A stretch of DNA of 64,000 nucleotides from Marsupella aquatica (lineage: Eukaryota > Plantae > Marchantiophyta): the NCBI GenBank assembly GCA_973895155.1, contig OZ316893.1, positions 23,024,015 to 23,088,014 on the forward strand, in the 5' to 3' direction. Made by a program: the position numbers and the translations under genes. This document shows positions 1 to 10,972 of this stretch, piece by piece. Every line of letters begins with the position of its first letter. Position 1 is the first letter of the stretch. The notes beneath the pieces were generated by a model. That model searched no databases and was not told where the DNA came from. It saw nothing but the letters and a program-made list of their open reading frames with translations.

Positions 1-689
1 CTACGATTTGAGCTAAAGGTTGTGACGCCTCGCGCACCACAAAGCTCACACCGTCGGGAAAACGATCTCAGTTCCCCCCAAAAAGAACCGTCAAAGAAAA
101 CCGTCGAACACGAATCACAAAAAATCCAGAACGACGGAAACGTCAATTCCTCCGCACCACGAACTCCGTTCAGAGATTTCTTTGCACCGTCGGAAAGCCC
201 TTGCCCCGATCTATCCGTTGAGCCCAACACCTCCAAGTTCCATGCGATAGATCTCCGTGAAATCCACCAACTCTAACCGCTGGAAAAACCGTCACCAACA
301 CGTCACGAAAATTTTGATCACCTCAACGTCACCTCCCAGGCTTGCTCTGATACCAATTGTTGAACTAAGACGTCATTCGCAACGACCATACAACCATGAC
401 TCATTCCATGCACACGTAGTCGACACAATCTCTACGTGGTTCACCTCTTCTCCAAGGCTACGTCCACACGAACACTCAAGCTTTACTTCAAGAGTACACG
501 AACACACATGCTCTCTCTCTTCCTCCTGTTGTTCTGTTACAATGAGTAAGCACCACCCACCAGCGGCTTACACTAGCCCTGGTATATACAAGGTCACACA
601 CGACTAATCTAACCTCAGCTAAGATCCTAACTGTGGTTAGCCTAAGTGCCGTAACCTATGAGTCACAAGACTAAGAGCAATCCTTAACA
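1..689 (-). mobile_element. 5' end of a Ty1/copia LTR retrotransposon (5' LTR 358-689, PBS 344-355, leader running off the window start)
   Basis: GCTCTGATACCA at 344-355 is the reverse complement of the tRNA-iMet PBS TGGTATCAGAGC. The adjacent 332-bp segment has TG...CA ends. On the minus strand it reads TGTTAAGGATTGCTCTTAGTCTTGTGACTC and contains GGACGTAGCC...GGTGAACCACGTA, like the LTR at 46397. The leader resembles about 46755-47060. Confidence 0.9.
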
Positions 690-1525
690 TTTATGTATTA
701 AAATTATTAATAATTTTAATTTTAATAAAAATTGTATGGTGTTTTTGGGTGATCATGTTAGGGCTCCATGATGCAATAGCCATTGTCGCCCATCTTGAAT
801 CTCCATGTTCTCACCTTCATCCTCCTCAATAATAACCAAAATGAATATTTTTGCAACAATGACAAACACCATTAAACAATGACAATTTTATGCTACATCT
901 TTTCTGTGGCGCAAAGAAAATGAGTTGCCTGCATTTTTTGTGTTTTCCCGACAGCTTTGTCTCACCTCGAGTTTTTTCTCATCTCAACATGTTTTCTTCA
1001 TCTCAACATCTTTTGTGCATGCAAAGACATTTTTTGTGTTCTTTATTTCACCACGTCGACATCTTTTCCTCAACATCTTTTGTGCATGCAAATACATTTT
1101 TTGTGTTCTTTATTTCACCACGTCGACATCTTTCCCTCAACATCTTTTGTGCATGCAAAGACATTTTTTGTGTTCTTTATTTCACCACGTCGACATCTTT
1201 TCCTCAACATCTTTTGTGCATGCAAATACATTTTTTGTGTTCTTTATTTCACCACGTCGACATCTTTCCCTCAACATCTTTTGTGCATGCAAAGACATTT
1301 TTTGTGTTCTTTATTTCACCACGTCGACATCTTTCCCTCAACATCTTTTCTCTTCTTGACATGTTTTTTTATCTCATTCTCATCTTTTTTCTCCTCAACA
1401 ATTTTTTTCACTTTGATTTTTTTTATCCACCTAAAGATCCTTTTCTCTCATTGACAACTTTTTTCAAACCAACATTTTTTCTTCTCCTGGACCAATCTTT
1501 CAACGCAAATTTTCTCTTTAACAGA
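690..1525 (+). mobile_element. Truncated member of the repeat-rich Helitron-like family also found at 16600-17193 and 21709-23140
   Basis: Same AT-rich block followed by degenerate (T)CAACATCTTTT repeats of about 20 bp. No CTAG terminus found, so the assignment rests on similarity only. Confidence 0.5.
1003..1350. repeat. Minisatellite: five near-perfect 67-bp units plus a partial unit
   Basis: Units start at 1003, 1070, 1137, 1204 and 1271 (TCAACATCTTTTGTGCATGCAAA[G/T]ACATTTTTTGTGTTC...GTCGACATCTTT[T/C]CC). Confidence 0.95.
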
Positions 1526-3819
1526 TGATAAAAGCAGTTGACCGTGACACGACAGAATCCAGGTACGTTGTGTGCGCTTGCAAGGAGAAAGTTTCTGTAA
1601 ATAATGTCGGAGGAGGAGAGTTTACATCCCCAAATCGACATCGAAAGTAGCCTTATTGTCCTGAACTGGACCCACACTAATTGATCGAGGCAGGCTACAG
1701 GTGGATTCAAAGGACTGCATGACATCGAGTAGTTTCCATGATAACGGCGTAGTTCGGGTTTCGTTACCAAGCATTCTATCAGCATAAAATACAGTAACTA
1801 AAGTCTTGATTGACACTGATACCCGTACCTTAGATCTAAACGTTGAGGAGCATGAAAATTCATTGTTAAATTACTTGACTTCTTGGAAGACAATAACTTT
1901 GAAACAGGCTAATAATAGGGCAGGAAATAAGACACAGAGTATGAGCACCCATACCATGGTGATTACACAAAGATCGGCCAGTCGAGAATTGTTCTGATTC
2001 ATTTATTCAGCCTGTCTTTAGAAACCACACTCCAGCCCGCAAAGTCTGAACCCATCTTAGAAACCAAGTTCACGTAAATCTTATTCTGGCATAGGAAGAG
2101 ATTCAGCGAAAGCTAGCACTAATCTAGGTAGGAAATGATAGAGGAGAATGCTCAAAGTTAGTAGCGTGATAAAATGGGAGGGGGCAATTCCTAAAGTTCC
2201 AACTCCAGAAAACCTAGAGGAAAATCTCCCAAACACTGGTGTTGGCTTCTTTGAGGCCCAGAGCCAAGCATCTTTCGGCATCTTTCTGCGCTCCGTCTGT
2301 GTCCCAAGTAAGAACTTGATATAGCCCCGGTGCTTCAACCATTCATCACCGCTAATTTCCAAGGCTGCTGTTAAGTTTTCCCATGCTCCATGGAGTTCGC
2401 CTGCCATTCGCTTCAGTATTCCCCGTTCTTGCAAGTAGAAAACCCTGTCATAATAGCTACACACCCTGGCGTCGAAATCGTCCCACATTGCAAGGGCTCC
2501 GACAAATTTCTTCTCCTCTACCTTCCCATGACACTAAAAGATTGTCCACCCATTTTTTCCTTCCCTTCAGTCTGAACTCCAAAAACGCTACGGGCGATGC
2601 TCCCAAACAATCTGGCCCATCCATCACAGGATCCATTGCCATGGATCTTTCTGCATCCTTTCGCGCTCCACTGTCATCCCCCATCAAGTATTTGACATAA
2701 CCCCGATTCTTGAGCAACTCATAATTGTCGTCGTGGTCTATTTCAATGGCTGCATTCAAGTCTTCCAAAGCTCCATCGAGATCGCCTGCCATTCGCTTCA
2801 ATAACCCCCTTTCTTGCAAGAAGGAAATATTATGATGATAGCCACCAACCCTGGCGTCGAAATAGTCCCAAATTGCAAGCGCTCCCCGCAATTCCTTCTC
2901 CTTTACCTTCTCGATCACTTTCTCATGTGAGTATCTCCAAAGATCTTGCTCCAATCCTTCACTTCCCTTCAGTCTGAATTCCAAAAATGCTACAGACAAT
3001 CTTCCCGAACAACTATGCCAATCCACCACAGGATCCATTGCCATGCATCTTTCTGCATCCTCTCGCGCTCCTCTGTCATTTCCTCAAGTATTTGACGTAA
3101 CCCCGATGCTTGAGCACCTCATAGTTGTCGTCGTCTATTTCGAAGGCTGTTGTCAGGTCTTCCAGAGCTCCATGGAGGTCGCCTGCCATTTGCTTCAGTA
3201 TTCCCCTTTCTTGCAAGAAAAAAACCCTATGATGATATCCACCCACGCTGCTGTCGAAATCGTCCCAAATTGCAAGGGCTCCCAGAAATTCCTTCTCCTT
3301 TACCTTCTCCATCACTTTCTCATGTGAGAACCTCCAAAGATTTTCCTCAAATGGTCCACTTCCCTTCAGTCTGAATTCCATAAATGCTACGGACAATCCT
3401 CCCAAACAATCTGGCCAATCCACCACAGGATCCATTGCCATGCATCTTTCTGCATCCTTTCGCGCTCCACTGGCATCCCCCATCAAGTATTTAACGTAAC
3501 CCCGATGCTTGAGCAGCTCATAATAGTCGTCGTTTATTTCCAAGGCTGCTGTCAGGTCTTCCAGAGCTCCATGGAGATCGCCTGCCATTCGCTTCAATAT
3601 TCCCCTTTCTTGCAAGAAATAATCTCGACGATATTGGGAATACACCTCGGCATCAAAATCACGCCAGATTGCCAATGTCCCCTGGAAGTCTGAAATCCTC
3701 ACCTTGTCTATCATTTCACAATGTACTGACCACAATTTTCTCGAGTGCTCATTGCGTTCTGTTTCTCCTGCCAGCCTAAAATTCATATATGTTATTGTTT
3801 CTTTCCGGAAACCCGAGGC

Positions 3820-6800
3820 CAAAGGCACAAGCAGGTGGGAAGGGAAGGATTTGTGCTCCTTTCTTACGGGAGTCATTTTCTTTGGGCACAAGGCCCTATG
3901 AGCATTGAAGAGGGGGAGAGGGGGAGCGAGCACTCCTTTCCCTTGGGAGTTTTTAATTAGGCTCAAGGCCCTATGCTGCAGCTTGGAGAAGGGGTGAGAG
4001 GGGAGTTTTAATGCTCCCTCCTTTCGGGAGCACTTAAGTGGTTTCAAGGGCATGAGGCCCTATAAATGTACGAGCTAGCCAGGAGGGCTTGGGTGCATTT
4101 AAGGAGGGTACGAGGAAGTATTTAAAGGGTCAATGCGCGACCCTATGCGCGGGAGGGCAAGGCACGGAAAAGTTTTTTTTAAAGAATTTTTTTTGAGGTC
4201 GGTAGGGACGAACGCTCGTCCCTAGTCTTAATTTTATTTTTCTTTGTTCTTTTCTTTTTCTCTCTGCGATTACTCTTACTTCCCAGGTGGACAGGTGTTG
4301 GCTCCACATTTCTTCTGCTGTAAAATTTGACTGTACTTTGATTCCCTCCGAAAGATACTTTTCCAGAGAGCTGAATTTTGGCCAAAATTTCCAAATTTGG
4401 CGGTTGTCGAGGCAGAATTTTTTTGCACTGCTTTGCAAGGGGATACTCAAGGGAGTTGAGCACGGGCCTGTGAAATCGATTTGCATTTAACTATTGCGAA
4501 ATGTTTTTGGGACCTAAGATACCCGACGGGGGTCAAAACGGCCATTTTGACCCCCCTCCGGTCCGGGTTGAATAAGTTTTTGCTGGAGAAGTTTTTTGCC
4601 AAATCATTTTCAGATCTTGGTAGTGTACCTTGCAGGCTACGCGGCAGTGCATTCCATTTCCACTTTCACCAACTTTCATTTTTTGGTGACTTTTTGGGTG
4701 GAGGTATTTCGGTTGTGTTTCCTGTGTGTTTGTGGCAGCATCAATGACTTCAAGAAAGCTTGCGGCGCCAAAGTTTGAGGTGGAGAAGTTTGACGGGAAG
4801 GTCAGCTTTAGCCTTTGGACTCGAAAGGTGACCAATGTGTTGATCCAGCAGGGTCTTGAGAAGACCCTCACTGGAGTGAAACCCTCGAATCTAACAGATG
4901 AGGAGTGGGAGGACATGTCGGTGCAGGCGTGTAGCACAATTGAGTTGTTCTTGGCAAACAACATTCTCAAGAACGTGTTGGGGATGGATCGGAATGCCAA
5001 GAAAATCTGGGATATGCTTACTCAGCTATACCAGAGTACTTCGTTGACTACTCGCATTTATCACTTGGAGCGGCTGTTCAGGTTGAAGTTGAAGGATGGT
5101 GGCAACATGCGTGATCACCTCAGTCTCTTTGATGAGATTGTGCACGAGGTGGCCACGGCGGGAGACAAGTTGACCGATGAGTATCTTGCGATACATTTGT
5201 TGATGTCGCTTCCTCAGAGCTATTCAACGTTGGTGACAGTCATCACACATGATAAGTCTACGTTGAAGCTGGATGAGGTAAAGGCTACCATTCTTGCAGA
5301 ATGGGGCAAGCGACAACTTTCTGGCCGTGACAATGAGTCTGCTGCCTTAGTGGTTAGAGGCAGATCGACGGAGCGTACTACGGATCAGTCTAGATCTAAA
5401 TCACATAGTAGATCTAAATCTAAGTCCCGTAGTAAGAAAGTGTAGTGTTGGCATTGCCATGAGAAGGGCCACACCAAGTGGAATTGTCCTTCTCTGTCGA
5501 AGCAGAAGCGTCCTGCTTCCAATGGTGCGTCCTCATCGTCGGCTGGTATTGTGATTGCTGATAATGAGGATGCTGCTGAAGTGCTATGTATTGGTGCTGT
5601 GAATTCTGTGTATGATAATAAATGGATGTTGGATTCGGGTTCCTCTTATCACGTGTGTCCAACGCAATCGTATTTCTCCACTTACCAACCTTGTACCGGT
5701 ACTGTGGAAATCGGAAATGGAGTCCGATGTGCGATTGTTGGCATGGGGACTATCAAATTCCGGATGTTTGATGGTGTTGTGCGAGCACTGACGGGAGTCA
5801 GACACATACCAGACATCTCTAAGAATTTGATTTCTCTTGGTGCTTTGGAAGCTGGTGGATCTCATTTCACTGCACGTGATGGTGCGCTCTTTGTCGTCAA
5901 AGATGATGTATCTTTGATTAAGGCGCTACGGCAGAATAATTTGTACATCTTGGAAGGAGATGTCATTGCTCCTAGAGTGGAGCATGTGGATTCTGTGGTG
6001 GAACGTTCGGATGCAGCGGCAACATCTGCTGTAGAGTCATCTACGGCTGCTTCAATTGAAGCACCCTCAACATCTGGTCGCACACAAGCCATAGATTTGT
6101 GGCATGCACGGTTGGGGCACCTGAGTGGTAAAGGATTGGCAGCCTTGGCCAACAGAGATTTGTTGCAAGGCACTCAATCTGGTAAACTCTCTTTCTATGA
6201 AGATTGCATCTTCGGCAAGCAGAGGAGAGTGAGTTTCAGTTCTAGTTCATACCATTCTCATGAAATTCTTGAGTATGTACATTCGGATGTTTGGGGTCCA
6301 GCGCCGGAGCCGTCGTTGGGTGGAGCCAGATATTTTGTGACGTTTGTAGATGATTACTCTCGAATGTGTTGGTTGTACTACATGAAGGAGAAGTCTCAAG
6401 TCTTTGAGATTTTCAAGGAGTGGAAAGCCATGGTAGAACTACAAACTGGGAAGGAGTTGAAGTGTGTTCGGTCCGATAACGGTGGCGAGTATAAGTCCAA
6501 TGAGTTTGATCAATTTGGTCGGGACCTTGGCCTCAAGCGTCATTACGCTGTATCGGAGACCCCGCAGCAGAATGGAGTTGCAGAACGGTTGAATCGGACA
6601 TTACTGGAGAAAGCACGCAGCATGCTATGTAAGTCCAAGTTGCCCAACAACTTTTGGGCTGAAGCTATCAACCAAGCTGCATACGTCTACAATCTGTCAC
6701 CGCATAGTAGTAAGTTGATGCAGACTCCATTTGAGTTGTGGTATAAGAGACCTGCTGATTACTCTAGACTCCGAGTTTTTGGTTGTGCTGCCTATGTTCA

Positions 6801-9126
6801 CATTGAGCAGACACATAGGTCTAAGTTGGATCCCAAGTCTAAGAAATGTATTTTTCTAGGCTTTAGTCCTGGGCAGAAGGGCTATAAATTGTGGGATCCT
6901 GTTGATTGCAAGGCAGTTGTGAGCAGAAATGTTGTTTTTGACGAAGAATGGTTGTCAAGACCCCGGGATATTCAGGAGGAACAGGTGGAGGAACCCACTA
7001 CGGTGGAGCTTGGTGGTGATGAGGAAACTGTTGGTCCCTCTGGTAGAGGTGCAGTTCCTCAACCAAGGCGCTCCACCAGGGCCAATTTTGGCCAACCCCC
7101 TGATAGATTTGGTTTTGCAGATCCTCGTGTTCAAGTTGTTGAACATGAAGATGATCCCGGTGTTGTTTTGCTTACTGAAGATGGAGACCCCTCTAGCTAT
7201 GAAGACACTATGGCCTCTCCAGAGAAGGATAAGTGGATGGAGGCAATGTTGAAGGAGATGAATTCTTTGAAGAAGAATTCAACTTGGCGCTTAACTGACA
7301 TGCCTCGCGGGAAGACACTGGTTCCGTGTAGATGGTTGTACAAGAAGAAGCAGGATGGCACTTACAAGGCACGCCTTGTGGCCAAAGGATACACCCAAAA
7401 GGAGGGCTTGGACTACACAGAGATTTTCTCACCAGTTGTCAAACTCGCCACTATCCGTGTTTTACTTGCGATTGTGGCATTCTATGATCTTGAGTTAGAT
7501 CAGATGGATGTAATTACTGTTTTCCTGCATGGATTGCTTGATGTGGAGATTTATATGACTCAGCCTCCAGGTTTTATTCACGAGAAGACCAGACACTTGG
7601 TGTGTAAGCTCTTGCGCTCGTTATACGGATTGAAGCAGAGTCCCAGACAGTGGAATAAGCGTTTTGATTCCTTCATGTTATCTCAGGGGTTCACACGAAG
7701 TGAACATGATTGTTGTATTTACATGAAGGAGGTGGAGAATTACTCACGCTTTGGTTACATTGTGTTGGCATTGTACGTGGATGACATGCTTATCCTGGCT
7801 GAGAATAAGTCTGATGTTGCCCATCTGAAAGCAATGCTGAGTAAGGAGTTTTCAATGAAGGACTTGGGTCAGGCCAAGAAGACACTAGGGATGGAGATTC
7901 ATCGTGACAGGGAGCAAAGGCAATTATGGTTGTCTCAGAGGCAGTATTTGGAGAAGGTACTTGCCAAGTATGGAATGGAGAATGCAAAACCAGTTGGTAC
8001 TCCATTGGCTTCTCACTTTAAACTCTCAAAGAATGATTGCCCTTCTAGTGAGAGTGATAGATTGGCGATGAAACATGTTCCCTATGATAGTGTTGTGGGT
8101 AGTTTGATGTATGCGATGACATGCACTAGACCTGACATTGCCCATGCTGTTAGCATTTTGAGCAGATTTATGGCAAATCCTGGTAAGCTTCACTGGGAAG
8201 CAGTGAAGTGGGTTTTGCGGTATCTGAAAGGTACCTTAGATTGTGGGATCTTATTTGACGGTAAAGCAGACTCTACATTAGAGTTGGAAGGTTTTTTAGA
8301 TTCAGATTATGCTGGTCACTTGGATAACAGGAAGTCTACTACAGGCTATGTGTTTATGCTAGGTGGAGGTTGTATCAGCTGGAAGTCGGCAACTCAATCT
8401 TGTGTTGCGTTGTCTACTACTGAGGCTGAGTACATGGCTGCATGTGAGGCAACCAAGGAGCTGATCTAGCTACGGAGATTGGTGAGTGATCTGGGTCTTT
8501 CACCTGAAAGACCGGTGCTGCTGTGCGACAGTCAAAGTGCTTTGCATCTGGCTAAGAACCCTGTGTTCCATGCCAGGACAAAGCACATTGATATTCGTTA
8601 TCACTTCATCCGTGAGGTGATTGAGACGAAGCAGATGTTTCTGGAGAAGGTGGCTTCAGAGGAGAATGCGGCAGACATGCTTACCAAAGTTCTACCTACC
8701 AGTAGCTTTAGTCATTGTGTGGATATTATTAATGTTAGGGCCAAACCAGTGACTATGTAAATTTATATGTTACTTAGTTACATATTGTATATCACCTGAC
8801 TCATTGTGTGAACTTGAGTCAAGGTGGAGATTGTTAGGAATTGACTCTAGTTCCCGACATAGTTAGCTTGGCCTTACTAGGGTTAATTTTAACCCTAGAT
8901 TACATTAGGATAAGATCCGCTTAGTTTAGGTCCACTCATCTTGGCCCCCTTGGGGGGTATAGGCTGGAGGGAGAGCACTCTCTCCCTCATTCTTCACATG
9001 TACTCTCATTTGCTATGGAGCCTTCAGGAGTTTCTCCACTCGGGGTGTCTCGTCAGTGTAGCGTCTGATTGAGTGTCTCTCATGTTTCCGCATTGCTGTC
9101 TAGTCCGGAGCCGACGGTTTTTTACA
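3820..9126 (+). mobile_element. 5'-truncated Ty1/copia retrotransposon (gag-pol 4744-8760 with two nonsense codons; 3' LTR 8832-9126)
   Basis: Gag KFEVEKFDG, CWHC zinc knuckle, protease LDSG, integrase HSDVWG/VRSDNGGEY, RT KARLVAKGY/YVDDML, RNase [10 protein letters not shown], in INT-RT-RH order. TAG at 5443-5445 and 8467-8469 in a single frame. PPT AAGGTGGAGA precedes TGTTAGG...TTACA. No 5' LTR or PBS found. Confidence 0.95.
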
Positions 9127-10624
9127 CTCACCTGATTCGCCAACTCCTCATCGTTTTGTAGTAGCTTTAAGGCCATTCTCCTTTCCCATACTCTGCACCT
9201 TCCACTGCTACTCGGCTCAGAAGCTATTCTTCGTCCCAGACTTAGAAGTTGGTCATGTATCTCAATATTCTTATTGTCCTCCACATGAATAACAAGAGAC
9301 CTGTCCACCAAGGTTTGCCATTGTATGGTCTCATACTGCGTCTCATAAGCTTTCCTCCAAGCTGCTTTTGCGTCGCGCAAACACCAAGAACGCCCTTGAA
9401 AGAAAGTTGTGGCATCTAGGAACATTTGCTGCTCCGTCCCTTCAAGTCCGTCGTAGCTCACTCTCAACTTTGCCCACAATCTCTTGTCAAGATCTCGAAT
9501 ATTGTCAGCCCTTATCACAGCTTGCAAAGTTTGCTGCCAAAACTTGCGATCCTGTTCGAATTTGAGGTGCTTTCCAAGAACTACAAGAGTAAGGGGCAGC
9601 CCAGAACACTTCTCCACTATAGCCACCATATCACGTTTCAAGTTTGCGGGTAAATTTGCGGGCTGTGGGAAAGAATGGCTTAGGAACAGCTTTTCTGAAT
9701 CTTTTTGGTTCAAAAATGGGACTCTAAAAATATCAACATCGTCCACGCGCTTGAGAATGTCCCAATCACGAGATGTAACAATGAACCGACTTTGTGGAGA
9801 GGGACCATCAACGAGGTGTGACAAGACGGTTATTTCAAGATCATCACTGATATTATCCAAAACAAGTAGCAGTTGCTTGTCGTTCAAAGCAGACCGGTTC
9901 TCTTTGTCTTCAACCTTCCTTCCAAGGCGGTGCATATGTTTCCACACTACCTTCTTTACCTCCTCAATGCCCCCTCCTTCCACCTTGAGATCAGGGACAA
10001 AACAACTGTACTCGTATGCGGGACTTAGTTCATTGAATACCGCCCGTGCGAGAGTGGTTTTCCCAAGCCCACCCATGCCCACCAAGCCCAGCGTTGGAAA
10101 TTTCTGAAGCCTCCTTTTAACCTCCTGTACGAGAACGTCCATATTGACCATGTGCTTTGGCAGAAATTCCCGATTTTGACGAATAGCTTGCCTTTCAACC
10201 ACGGCTCTTTCTTCCTAGATTTGCAACAAGAGCAGGTTAGAAAAACAGCAATCCTAAAGTTTTGATATGAATTTTGACCTTTCATTTGAGAAGACAGGAC
10301 ACAGGATGTCACTGGAAAACAAGGACATGCTGTTGTTGCATGAAATGACTCGTTAGTTAAAGTAACGCCCTTTGCTGAAGTTTGTTTCTGGGCAACCTTT
10401 GAATTGTCGCAAACGCTGCTGAGGAGTGTTGTGAGGGCGTTGAACCTTCTGGAGGTTTTTGTCTCTGGTCTGCAAACGGAGAAATGGTCCGCGCTACTAT
10501 CAAGATTAAAATTCACCCCATCTCTGGCAGAGGCTTCTGGTACTACAACAATACCTCGGAATATGCCCTGCGTGACCACAGAAACGATGTCAAATTGACA
10601 CGAAAAGGCAAATTGGACATCGCT

Positions 10625-10764
10625 TTTTTTTTCTTTTTTCTTTTTTTCTTTTTTAAATAAAGGAGAAATTTATGAAACCACACAGAAAGGGACTAGTGAG
10701 ACACAATATTAGTGTCTCTATTCAAGTGAGCTACCACAAAATCAAAATCATGTCTCTATGAGTT
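10625..10764 (-). mobile_element. Short poly(A)-tailed retroposed insertion (SINE or truncated LINE) in an intron of NLR copy A
   Basis: T-rich run 10624-10654 plus about 110 bp, flanked by the direct repeat AAATTGGACAT[C/T]GCT (10610 and 10765). The paralog has a single copy of this target at about 31677. Confidence 0.7.
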
Positions 10765-10972
10765 AAATTGGACATTGCTTTAGCTTTACCACTGGTGACT
10801 TTAATAATACTTCAATAGTTCAGAGACTCAAGGTACAGGCATTTATGTCAACTGAGCTACCACAAAATCATGCTCCTATGAGCTAAATTGGACATGGCTT
10901 TAGCTTTACCACTGGTGAGTTTAATAATACTTCAATAGTTCAGAGACTCAAGGTACAGGCATTTATGTCAAC
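10727..10972. repeat. Tandem duplication of about 125 bp in the same intron
   Basis: TGAGCTACCACAAAATCA...ATTTATGTCAAC at 10727-10852 and 10853-10972. Confidence 0.9.

Noticed and set aside
890-1528. Three overlapping ORFs of 144-212 aa and a CRISPR-like regular array
   Set aside because: The ORFs come from a stop-poor 67-bp repeat cycling through frames. The array has no unique spacers, no cas genes are present, and the context is eukaryotic.
3076-4053. 325-aa ORF appearing to be a standalone TPR protein
   Set aside because: Its first 80 or so residues are antisense copia leader fused by a deletion to NLR TPR sequence, and it ends at a frameshift. Nothing suggests it is expressed.
9024-9131. 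C-terminal tail of the 392-aa NB-ARC ORF
   Set aside because: It is read-through past the splice donor into the antisense LTR.
9484-10107. Conserved + strand ORFs of about 210 aa (also 30586-31221)
   Set aside because: Antisense shadows of the NB-ARC exon; their conservation follows from the duplication.
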